Origin: Cyanidioschyzon merolae
Lineage: Eukaryota
DNA: 64,000 bases
NCBI GenBank assembly: GCA_000091205.1
Contig: AP006500.2
Reading direction: 5' to 3' (one strand)
The notes below the pieces were generated by a model. The model saw only the letters and a program-made list of their open reading frames with translations. It ran no database searches and was not told the DNA's origin. Positions within the stretch are counted from its first letter, which is position 1. Each line of letters starts with the position of its first letter. This document shows positions 21,698 to 31,312 of this stretch, one piece after another. The position numbers and the translations under genes are program-made.

Positions 21698-22600
21698 TCT
21701 CTTAGTAGTTTGGGCTGCCGCCCGATATCGAACTAGAGCAGAAAGTAGAAAAGCTGCAAGCTTTCGAAACTGTTCGTCCGACTAGGGACCACAGATGTGC
21801 TATCAAGGCAGGCGGCCGCGGAATCTACGCTAGCCAGCGCAGCGGAGCGTTGGCGCACGAGTTCCAACTGCTGGGCAGCAAGTCGAAGGTTATGGCGTTG
21901 ACGGCAACGCAATAGTGACCCAACCGCTTTGTGAATGGAGTGCATCGAAAAGCGTTCATGTCAGTATTCGCGCTGAGCGTGAATTGATTTCGGCTCGGTG
22001 CTGTGCTCTGGATCGAGAGCTGGTCGGTTGCTACGCGGCGAGGCAGCGCCTTGACGGATCTGGAGCGGGAGGTCCTGGTTTGAGTACCAAAGCAAGTTGG
22101 CGAAAGAAATAGGTAAAGTGGCCAAGGTTGTCGGACAGGATTGTGTGACGCGAAGAACAAGGTTGACTGAGCGGGTAGAGGTTGCGCTGCGATGAAGACG
22201 TTAACTTCGAATACAGAGAGTTCCTTGAACCTGTATGGTGCAAAGGCAGGCAGCTATTAGAGCGATCTTGCACGCGCTTGCGACCAGCTCGAGCGTGCGG
22301 TGCGCGTCTATCCGCGAATCGCTGGCTCAATCAGTCTCAATCTTTTGATGTGATGATCCGTGGATACAAATTGAATAGGTGACAGACCGTTATATCGTTT
22401 GCTGCGTGCAGTAGCTCCCGGGCATTGTACACGCAAGCCTGCACTAGGTGCTACAGTGATAAACAGATTCATCTTAGACGAGCATCATCCTCCAGATCAA
22501 TGCACATGCAGGCCTATCATAAAAGAAAAAAGGTGAACGCGCAGGGATTCCCCAGAAACTCCACCTACTGACAAGAAAATTCTGGACTGAAAAGGGTTCG

Positions 22601-23027
22601 CATCACCACCGCCGTTCGAAAGTCGAACGACAGCAGTGTGCAGTCGTGGCGACCGGCGCCCTAGACGAAACGTCTCCAACTGACGTGCAGACGCCTCCCC
22701 GTCTTTTTGGACCGGCCACCTTCTACTGCTTCCAACTTCTTCTCATATAGTTCGACTTTGAGAGGTTGTCCAACAAAGTTCTCTCTTGTCAGCTCTGGAG
22801 GTCTTCTCTCCAGCACCGCACATCTCCTGATACTGATTTTTTTCCATTGACAAAATGTTTACTTAGGCCAGCGTCCTCCGATTCTGCGCATTTTTCTTTT
22901 CTTACTTTTTTTTCAGTGCGCGGTAAGGTATCCATCAAACGCCCTACCTCCAAGTCATATTCCCTATACTTCGTCTCGGATATTCTGGACGTTTCATACG
23001 TCCTACCGTGTGTGCCTAGTGCCTGCC
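22601..23027. mobile_element. Solo composite remnant: module copy 2 (22601..22837, omegaRNA-scaffold/right-end homolog in the same orientation as locus 1) joined directly to repeat B copy 2 (22838..23027). It lacks a Fanzor ORF.
   Basis: The module homology ends at the position equivalent to 8353, inside the Fanzor ORF 3' end. The B homology begins at the very next base. B is inverted relative to its orientation at locus 1. Short overlapping ORFs here are just read-through of the repeat. Confidence 0.55.
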
Positions 23028-24275
23028 GAGAGCGATAGCAATGGCGCCTGTAGCCCCGGTGCGGTCGCTGCACGGAGACAGAACGGCGTTGCCGTACCAC
23101 ACAGAGGGCGTCTGCCCGAGGAAATTGCGGTGAGGACGAGATTCCAACTCGCGCGCTCAAAGAGCATATCCTTGGCAGGCACACCCGTTAACCATGGCGG
23201 TACTTCTGGTGCAGAGGTATCTCCGGCACCTCACCGGTAATCCCCTAGGAAATCCGATAGTTTGGCGATTCTCCTTCCTAAATTTTCGGTAATTTGTATT
23301 GTGTGCCAAGTGCACGAGCCTATCTCAAACCAAATGGATTCGGCTCTGGCTCGAATCCATGACGGTCGAGGGTTCCATCAGTTAGCAGTTCGGATGTTCT
23401 TCTTATTTGTTAGCATTCGTGATGCTAAAGTGGAAAGGCGTCGTGTTCTACGATGATGTGGAAAATGCTTTGCTTGTTCCGATGCCTATTTGCGCGGATC
23501 GTATCCAGCGGAATTTGGCAGGGATGCATAGAGTCTATATCGAGTGAACAAGTCTGCCGCTCGCCCGGTGAACGCCCGCCATCGAGTGATTGCCTTTGTG
23601 CGGAAACCATGGGCCGGCATTTTTCAGCCCATGGGATACGGGCACTCCGCAGAGTTTCAAGTCAGCTGCTGGCTACGCGCGCACGCAGTTCACCCTGGAC
23701 ACAGTCGAGACGACGACGCCCCATGCGGTGACGGACGGGGCGCTCGACAAGGTTTAAAAACGGTGCAGACCGCATGAGGTTTCATACGGACAAACTTTGG
23801 AGAATACAGCACGAAAAAGTCCCCAGAGCAGTGTCGTTCAAACAAGCCGAGCCTTTCCTGGGTGTACTCGTTCAGAAACGGTGCGTCCCAGCGCGTGCTC
23901 ACTCCCTACCCGCTTCCTCGCACGATCAGCCAGCTGTTGCTCCAGAGGCGGCACTGCGCAGATTTTTCCATCATTTTCAGAACTTTGATTGCCACTGTTT
24001 CACAAATGCGCAGAAACCAGCACTCGTAAAGCGCCACTTCGTTGCCATCGCTTCTGCACTTGAGCCCCTACTGCGCTGCAGAGTGGATGCCGGACGGCGC
24101 GGTGAGACGCGGAGCGCGCGTAAAGTACATAGTTCGATGATCAACTACGTTCTTTCATCAAGGCCAACAGTCAACTTCGCTGGTTTCCGGTCTAACTGTT
24201 TCTGAGTGCTGTTCAGAGCGATCATCCCTTGGGTAGCAGGAACTCGAGCAGTTCCCGAAATACAAGCCCTGGACG

Positions 24276-26492
24276 ATGCCAGGTGTCGGGTTTGTTCAAA
24301 TGGCCCCTGGGCGGGCGGCCGCTGCACCAACCCCGCAGCGACACAGTGTGTGCCCGCGTGCACCCTCGAAACGGGAACACGCGAAACTGTGTAGCTATGC
24401 TCTGTGGAACTCTCGTAAGTCAGAGGCAGCGAAAGGTGGGCGACCACGCTCTCGTGCGGCGCAGACGCTGGAGGCGCTCCAACTAGCCCGCCGCCAGTGG
24501 GAACATCAGACCTGGTCCGTTTCCTCACAATCGAATCGCGGACGACAGCGCCGACGAGAATCTTTGGTACTCGTTTTGTTGGCCCCTGGTGTGAACTTCC
24601 GGTTGGATGACAACACTGCCCTGATTGACGGCATCACTCGGGCTAGTCGGTACGGTTCACAGCTGGGCGTCGTGGTGCCGACGGCGGCCGTCGAGCGCTA
24701 CCCGGCGATGGTTCAGGACCTTTACGATCAAGTGCAAAAACGTGGCAGCCAGCTAGGAGTGATCGATAAAGAGCGACTCGCAAAACTTCGCGCAGGGCTA
24801 GGCGAAGGCTTTCCGATCGTCATTCAGGCATGCGTTGGCGCCGAACCCTTTCTTCAGGGACTGGCGCCCTGCCCGGTTTTTTGGAGCACGCCCACAAAAG
24901 CGGGTCAAGAGCCAGTGGATGCGCCCCGATGGATGCCTCCCGCACTTGTATCTCTTGAACCTTTAAAACTGCCGCTGACCCTAGCTAATGGAACCGAGCC
25001 GACGGAACCTGACTTTCGAGAACGCTCCGTATTGCGAGCATTGCGGGAAGCGGCACCCTCGCAGACCCTGCCTGCACTCGAGCAGTGTTTCAAATTGCCG
25101 TTAGAGCTCGCAGTACTTTCGAGGGTGCGGCTACGATTCGAGTGGGAGAAGATGCATCGCCCGCGAGAGCCTGGGCATCTGCAGGCCTGGCTCTGGGGTG
25201 GCGCGATCTGTGCGCGTCTACTCGCCAGGAGTCCCCCAGCGTGCCACGCGATCACCGTATACGATATCCATGGCAATCATATGCGCGAGTTGCGCTGGGA
25301 TAGCCAACATAACCGCTTCAGTTTCCGTGGACACAATGGAGATCATGACTACGAAGCGGCTTTTTGGAGTTTTGCGCGCCGCAAGTGGCTCTGGTTGAAG
25401 CAGTCTTTCATACCCGAGGATGTCACTGCTGACTACTACGAATTCGCCAAATGGCGAGTTTTTCAACGACTCATGTCGAGTACGGTTGGTGTCTTTGGGA
25501 CGCAGGCCCTGCTGCTGGCCCTGGGTATCAAAAGCGGCAACAAAATCAGTCAGGCTGCAACGATCAGTTGGGTCCTCAAAGACGGTCTCAGCCGAGTGGG
25601 TAAAATGCTCTGGGCGAGCCAGCTCGGGCGGGACATGGATGCAGATCCCAAACGCTTTCGATTCGGTAGTGCGTTGCTCTACTCACTGGGAAACGGTCTA
25701 GAAATTGCGACAAGAATCGTTCCGCAGTCTTTTCTCCTCGTGGCCACCTTGGCGAATACCGCAAAACTGTGTTCGATGTTAACGGCTTCTGCTACGCGGA
25801 ACGCCATGTATCGTTCGTTTGCGGACCGCAATGAGAACATCGCTGACATCACGGCCAAGGGAGAGGCACAAATAACAATCGCGGATCTCGGCGGGATGGC
25901 GCTTGGGATTCAGTTATCCAAGATCATTGGAACCTCGCGCCCCAAAGTTGTAGCAACGTACCTGATTCTGAGCACCATTGATCTGTATGCAATCTGGAAG
26001 GAACTTCGAGTGATCGAGTTCCGTACGCTGAACTTGCAACGGTCGTCACTGGTCATCGAGCATTACCTCAAAACGGGATGCGTCCCGACTCCGAAGCAGG
26101 TGAGCGCTGCGGAGCGGGTGGTGCTGCCCGAACCCATTCCCCGCCACGCTTTCGTTGCATTCTCGAAGCTAGTTCGCGACGAGCAGGAGGCCGAGCAGAT
26201 GATCAAACGCTATGGTTCAGCCAGGTTCCTGATGCGCTACGGCGAGGTCCACTGGCCGTGGACGTGCCTCCATTCGAGTCGTGGTGGCATCGTTCTTCAT
26301 CGAGATGCAGACCAACAAGATATCTTCCGGGCGATTCTTTGTTGGAATCTGCGCCGCTTAGGCATCGTCCAAGAAGAAGATGAGGTACTTGCTAGAGCGG
26401 ATGTGGTGATGGAGCCACTACTGAAAGCTGCTCGCGAAGCAGGCTGGCGAACCTTTGTGTACCCAAAGTTCAAGCATCGCGCGTTGTGGTAG
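24276..26492 (+). CDS. RUS (ROOT UV-B SENSITIVE) / DUF647 family protein. The N-terminal ~290 aa of the ORF are probably upstream read-through, with the real start internal (~25150..25250).
   Basis: DUF647-like core: 'FIPEDVTADYYEFAKWRVFQRLMSSTVGVFGTQALLLALGIK...ISWVLKDGLSRVGKMLWASQLGRDMDADPKRFRFGSALLYSLGNGLEIATRIVPQSFLLVATLANTAKLCSMLTASATRNAMYRSFADRNENIADITAKGEAQ...LSTIDLYAIWKELRVIEFRTLNLQRSSLVIEHYLKTGCVPTP'. Confidence 0.6.
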   Translation: MPGVGFVQMAPGRAAAAPTPQRHSVCPRAPSKREHAKLCSYALWNSRKSEAAKGGRPRSRAAQTLEALQLARRQWEHQTWSVSSQSNRGRQRRRESLVLVLLAPGVNFRLDDNTALIDGITRASRYGSQLGVVVPTAAVERYPAMVQDLYDQVQKRGSQLGVIDKERLAKLRAGLGEGFPIVIQACVGAEPFLQGLAPCPVFWSTPTKAGQEPVDAPRWMPPALVSLEPLKLPLTLANGTEPTEPDFRERSVLRALREAAPSQTLPALEQCFKLPLELAVLSRVRLRFEWEKMHRPREPGHLQAWLWGGAICARLLARSPPACHAITVYDIHGNHMRELRWDSQHNRFSFRGHNGDHDYEAAFWSFARRKWLWLKQSFIPEDVTADYYEFAKWRVFQRLMSSTVGVFGTQALLLALGIKSGNKISQAATISWVLKDGLSRVGKMLWASQLGRDMDADPKRFRFGSALLYSLGNGLEIATRIVPQSFLLVATLANTAKLCSMLTASATRNAMYRSFADRNENIADITAKGEAQITIADLGGMALGIQLSKIIGTSRPKVVATYLILSTIDLYAIWKELRVIEFRTLNLQRSSLVIEHYLKTGCVPTPKQVSAAERVVLPEPIPRHAFVAFSKLVRDEQEAEQMIKRYGSARFLMRYGEVHWPWTCLHSSRGGIVLHRDADQQDIFRAILCWNLRRLGIVQEEDEVLARADVVMEPLLKAAREAGWRTFVYPKFKHRALW

Positions 26493-27989
26493 TGTCAGCG
26501 CACGAGGAGCATTCACTTGGCAGCCACATGCTATGCTCTGTCTGGGATCACCGCCGATTCTTCAGAGTGTCTCATGTTCTGTAAATCTCGCTTTTCTAGG
26601 GTAAAGGTCGCCAGGGACGCCCACGAGGAGGCACAGGTTGCATCTGAGCTGACAGACGACCCGGATAGCGGCACGCTCGCTCGAGAGGGTGATACCGCTG
26701 ACAGGCGTCATGGTCGCAGAGTTGTCAGGTTTAAGCGCTGTTTCAATCTCGTGCAACTATAAAAGCGAACCGGAACGAGGGCTGGTGCATATCTGCAGCT
26801 CGGAACTGAAATATTTCATGTACAGAAATTTCGAGCTAAGCACACACACACAAAACGCACTGCATACTGCTCTGCCGAACAGTCATCTTGTTTTTCATCG
26901 AGCGGGGTCAACTAATGCACAAGCCATGGCGCCGTTCTGAGGCAGCGTCGTCGCTGCAGCGCCTGAATCGCTCTGGAGAACACCGGCAGACCAGACATCA
27001 TTGGAGAGCACTGGTGCATAGATCACACACGCATTCCTGCAAGACTCCAGCCAGATGAATGTTCCCGTGAGTACCTCGCACAATCATGTGACACTTTATG
27101 CGACTTTCGTTGCATCAGCCTGGTCCAACTAGCAGCATCGCGACCTGGCTTACAACACGCCCGCTATCATAAGTGTGGACGCTAACACCTGTGTCCAGCA
27201 GCCCAGTACAGATCAAACAAAGCCGAAACCGTATTGTCTCAAATCAGTTTTTGGCGCCAAATTGCCTGCGGAGCGCATGCGTGCCAGGCCGTTGTCAGCT
27301 CACGGTATTTCAGCTTAATTACGTTGCACCCGCGCTGCGGTGCATCGCAGAAGATCGAAAACCTTACGAAACGTATCGTATCCATCGTAGACGAATTGCC
27401 TGTAGGATTCATATTCTTTACTGAACAGTGCATGGAGGACTGCATTCCTCCTCCAGGTCATTCGTAGCTCAGTACTCAGATGCTTGAGGAACACTGAAAG
27501 AAAGAACTATATGCACTTTGCGCCGAAAGCTGGTATTTTTGAAGATTACTCGTTGTAAATTGTAGAAAACGGCCCGCTGATCTTCTTGGGAAAAGCGAAA
27601 TCGACGATATTAGCCGGCACAGATGACTCTGTATCTGACTGGCTTGTTCGTGTGGTCCAGAAATCACGGATATACAGTCGCCAAAAAAGATTCCTAGTTC
27701 AAGCACCGCCGTATTGCGCCGAAATCGAAACTACAACAAAGTTTCTTGAAAGTCACTATCGGTTTGAAGCAGAGGGACGTCGGTTTGTGCTGTCAGTCGA
27801 TGTGACTTGCTCCGGATGAAACGGTCGAAGCGTGTTTGGGTATTCGTATAGAGGGAGCCCGTTGTACGTACAATCGATCTCGTAGAGAACGATGACTTCA
27901 TATGTTACAGATGCAGTGGATTCATTTGGCGGCGTCAGTTTCGCTCGTAGAGGAGGCCCATGAAACAGCACCAACCTCTTTGTCGAATT

Positions 27990-28700
27990 ATTAAAGACTT
28001 TCCCATGATTTCCGGCGATGTCCTTCAACTGGACAGCTTCCCAATTCACCATTCCACTTGCGCTCGAGCTTCTCCCGATTTTGTTGGAGTAGAGCCACTT
28101 CTCATTCCGCCGTACACTCCGTGGGTGAACCGCATCTAAGAGAGAGTTTTCTATTGTGGAGCGCAATGGTCGCTGCACTCGGAGAATCCCTGTGCCATTC
28201 AGCAGTCAGCGACACCGAGACACTTGCCGTCTTTTTCCTGCAAGTCCTTCTTGCTCCGGGAAGGTTCTTACGTGGGGGCATAAGCATGTGCATTGATTTT
28301 CAAAATTAAAGACCCTAAGGCATGCGCCGAGTGTACAGTTCAGAACATCGTTATGGAGAGCAGGCAGCGGAGTGCTGAGGACATAGAAAAGCACGGAGAG
28401 CTGCCGGAGCACCAAACGGCACAGAGGGCGCGAGTTCTTGGACTCCTCGCACTGACCAGTTCAACCAATCGCAAGAAACACATTGAGTTCATGAACTGAG
28501 ACTTTACCGCCGCCATCAATATCAGGAGATGTGCGGCACTGAAGAAGAGACCCGCGGAGCTGATGCGAGCCAGCCTTGTCGGACAACCTCTCAGTGTCGA
28601 GGTGTATAGGAAAAAGCTGAGGCTGATAACAGACAGCCGGTCGAAAAAAAGCTGGGAGGCGTCTGCAAGTCGGTGTATGTATGTGCTCTATGATCGCGAA
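27990..28700 (+). pseudogene. Degraded Fanzor/TnpB-like paralog. It has frameshifts and an in-frame TGA before the RuvC-III motif, has lost its stop, and is followed by a partial copy of the omegaRNA-like module (core 28636..28674).
   Basis: '...TAQRARVLGLLALTSSTNRKKHIEFMN*DFTAAINIRRCAALKKRP...' aligns with the locus 1 C-terminus '[46 protein letters not shown]'. Upstream fragments 'SHFSFRRTL', 'IVERNGRCTRRIPVP', 'DTCRLFPAS' match 'AFANFFNQL', '[19 protein letters not shown]', '[11 protein letters not shown]' in shifted frames. Downstream, 'ccggtcgaaaaaaagctgggaggcgtctgcaagtcgg' matches the reverse complement of 8196..8232. Confidence 0.5.
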
Positions 28701-28741
28701 ACGTTTTATGCCCACCGAGAGGAGTAACGCAGCGTGACTGC

Positions 28742-31312
28742 ATGCGTGCAATGCGTAAAGCAACCGCTTCGCCGCAATCCTTCCATGCCCCACTTTCAAA
28801 ACAGATTCTTGTTGTTCTTATTCGAGGAAGCACTTTGGATCAAACATGCATGGGTGAAAGAGAGTCATATGCTTCGTCTGTACGACGTTGCTTTCACGGG
28901 GAGCCTGCAACTCGGCGACAAGTCTTGAAGCCTGGTTCGAATACGGGTCGCTTCTTTTGGGCCTGTGCTCGCACACTCCGCTCCGGACAGCGTTGCGCGT
29001 ACTTCGTCTGGGACAGCCACTCGGGTGTGTACGAAACAGTTCAGGCTGCGGATGGTGCACGTACGAGCCTTGGAGACCAGGTCCAAGCGGACCCGACAAG
29101 TAAGAAACTGGAGAGCACACGAGGGCGTGTGCCAGGAGCGGCGTCATCACGCACCTGCGGAAGCGGGCCGTTCTGGGAGGCCCTGCGAAACACCAAGCGC
29201 AGTGGAACGTCCCAAGATCAGTTGCCGCAGTTTTCATTGAGCAGTGATCCGCAAGCAGGCAGCGCAGCAATACGCGCTGGCAGTGGGCTGGAGAAGAGGC
29301 CGAGCAAGGAACGCGCCGGCACGCAGTGGCTAGTCGAGATCGGGGACGGAGAACATTTTCACCTCTGGCCTCAGAAGAATAGCGAGGCAAACGCATATAT
29401 GCTTTTTCAGCTTGCGCAGCGAGTTCCGGGTGCAGTGCTGGAACCCTCGAAGGAACGCCTTCGGATACCATTGTCTTCCTGGACTGCAACCTCTGCAGCT
29501 GTCGCAGCGCTTGAGGGAAGCATCCGTGGCCATCCACCGCAGCGGTTGATGCAAAACCTGGTGAATCTTCGCCGTCGGTTGGAGGACCGAAATGGGGAAA
29601 AACAATGCTTCGCGGAGGTCTTGGCCCATGCTCGCGCGTCCTTGGCGTCGATTCAGCTCTGGGAGCAGTTGCTACCTTTTCAACGGACTGGCGTTGAGCG
29701 CGCGATTGTCCAAGGCGGGCGCGTCCTTCTAGCCGATGAAATGGGCCTCGGAAAAACCATCCAAGCAATTGCCATCGCGTGGGTTTTGCGAAAGGACTGG
29801 CCGGTGCTCATTGTTTGTCCAAGTTCACTGCGAGGCGCCTGGTGTCGCGAGTGGAGAGACCGGTTAGCGGGCGCCTCGCTGACACCCTCCGATATTCATG
29901 TTCTGGAGACGGCCACCGACGCGGGAAAACCTCTTCGTGCGGTCAACATCGTGTCGTACGATTTGGTGGGCCGACTTGCCGACGCGCAGCTCCAGCGCGT
30001 CGGTGTCCTGATCCTCGACGAGAGCCATTATATCAAATCAGTGGATGCCAAACGGACACAATTCCTCTTGCCTTGGCTGAAACGGATACCGCGTGTGCTG
30101 CTGCTCACCGGCACCCCGGCGCTATCGCGACCGGCAGAGCTGTTCACGCAGCTACATGGTCTGGCGCCGTCCATATTTAGTGACTGGAAAGAGTTCGCGT
30201 ATCGGTATTGCGGTGCCCGAAGTACTCCGTGGAAAGCCTTGGACACGTCTGGCGCTACCAACCTGTCCGAACTTCATCGCATCTTGACGCAAACCGTTAT
30301 GATTCGCCGTCTCAAGGCGGAGATCCTGGATCAGCTGCCTCGGAAGGAACGCGGGGTCGCGTACGTGGAGCCTGCAGCGTCCACTCCAGAGCAGTTGCAT
30401 GCCGTGCTAGACGAACTCGCGGCGACTGAGCAGAAAGCTAGCACCGGCGATCAACAAGCAGCGAGCAAGGTGAAGGCGCTCATGAGCAAGGCATTCCACC
30501 TGACCGCTGTAGCCAAAGTGCCAGCCGTGCTGGCCCAGTGTGCAGACATTTGGCGAACTGGACACAAATTTTTGCTTTTTGCCTATCACGAACTCATGCT
30601 CGACGCTGTGGAAGGATGGCTACGCGAACAACAAGGTACCTGGATACGGATCGATGGCAAGACACAAGTTACAGAGCGCCAGGCGCTAGTGGATCGGTTC
30701 CAAGATGATCCTCAATGCCGTGTAGCGCTCTTGGCGTTGACAGCAGCCGGAGCTGGTCTCACGCTCACTGCAGCCCACGTGGTACTCTTTGCCGAGCTCT
30801 ACTGGAATCCAGGCACGCTGCGGCAAGCAGAGGATCGCGTTCACCGTATCGGCCAAAAGGAGTCGGTCTCTATCCGTTACCTGATCCTGCCTCGAAGCCT
30901 TGATGATCGCATGTGGCGATCCGTCCAGAACAAGCTCGATATCTTGCATTCATCCCTGGACGGTAAAATCGATCGCGAACGAGTCAATGTGGTGGCTGGA
31001 TCAGCCTGGAATGCCCCAGAGCCAGGCCCATTGGATCGTTTCTTCAAGCGTCGTAGCCAAGGAGTGGTGTCGTCCCCGGAACCAGGTGCAGATGAGCCCA
31101 CAAGCGTACGGAGCTCTTCCGTACCAGATGCATTCGAACAAGATCACGTCCCAGTGATCGAGTCGTTCGAACCAGAGGAACCACCGGAAATTCCGTCGTC
31201 TTTCTTGAATAGTGAGCTGGGCTCGGGATCAAACCGAACGCAATTTCAGCGAGAGGCACGGAAAAGGACCTTTCAGGAAATTGAGCCGAATAACGCTCTA
31301 CCTAGTTCTTAA
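28742..31312 (+). CDS. SMARCAL1-like SNF2-family annealing helicase with a HARP-like domain and an N-terminal GRF-type zinc finger.
   Basis: GRF-like zinc finger: 'CFHGEPATRRQVLKPGSNTGRFFWACARTLRSGQRCAYFVWD'. HARP-like: 'QWLVEIGDGEHFHLWPQKNSEANAYMLFQLAQRVPGAVLEPSKERLRIPLSSW'. SNF2 motifs: 'LLADEMGLGKTIQAIAIA', 'LILDESHYIKS', 'LLLTGTPALSRP'. Helicase-C: 'LLALTAAGAGLTLTAAHVVLFAELYWNPGTLRQAEDRVHRIGQ'. Confidence 0.8.
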   Translation: MRAMRKATASPQSFHAPLSKQILVVLIRGSTLDQTCMGERESYASSVRRCFHGEPATRRQVLKPGSNTGRFFWACARTLRSGQRCAYFVWDSHSGVYETVQAADGARTSLGDQVQADPTSKKLESTRGRVPGAASSRTCGSGPFWEALRNTKRSGTSQDQLPQFSLSSDPQAGSAAIRAGSGLEKRPSKERAGTQWLVEIGDGEHFHLWPQKNSEANAYMLFQLAQRVPGAVLEPSKERLRIPLSSWTATSAAVAALEGSIRGHPPQRLMQNLVNLRRRLEDRNGEKQCFAEVLAHARASLASIQLWEQLLPFQRTGVERAIVQGGRVLLADEMGLGKTIQAIAIAWVLRKDWPVLIVCPSSLRGAWCREWRDRLAGASLTPSDIHVLETATDAGKPLRAVNIVSYDLVGRLADAQLQRVGVLILDESHYIKSVDAKRTQFLLPWLKRIPRVLLLTGTPALSRPAELFTQLHGLAPSIFSDWKEFAYRYCGARSTPWKALDTSGATNLSELHRILTQTVMIRRLKAEILDQLPRKERGVAYVEPAASTPEQLHAVLDELAATEQKASTGDQQAASKVKALMSKAFHLTAVAKVPAVLAQCADIWRTGHKFLLFAYHELMLDAVEGWLREQQGTWIRIDGKTQVTERQALVDRFQDDPQCRVALLALTAAGAGLTLTAAHVVLFAELYWNPGTLRQAEDRVHRIGQKESVSIRYLILPRSLDDRMWRSVQNKLDILHSSLDGKIDRERVNVVAGSAWNAPEPGPLDRFFKRRSQGVVSSPEPGADEPTSVRSSSVPDAFEQDHVPVIESFEPEEPPEIPSSFLNSELGSGSNRTQFQREARKRTFQEIEPNNALPSS

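Noticed and set aside
22601-23027. Interpretation of the module-B junction as the closed junction of a circular transposition intermediate (RE joined to LE).
   Set aside because: A circle junction would place B in the same relative orientation as at locus 1, whereas here B is inverted.
23320-23360. tRNA-like 'ggctcgaatccat' (T-loop-like GTTCGAATCC resemblance).
   Set aside because: There is no acceptor/D/anticodon arm arrangement, and the sequence is simply part of a 9-bp perfect hairpin.
28818-29768. 316-aa ORF antisense to the SMARCAL1-like gene. Similar long antisense or alternative-frame ORFs occur at 43939..44727, 44600..45277 and 45057..45779 inside the HECT gene, and at 52245..52775 and 53145..53594 inside the giant gene.
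   Set aside because: High GC content suppresses stop codons in non-coding frames. These ORFs are Arg/Pro/Ala-rich with no motifs, and they lie opposite strongly supported genes.
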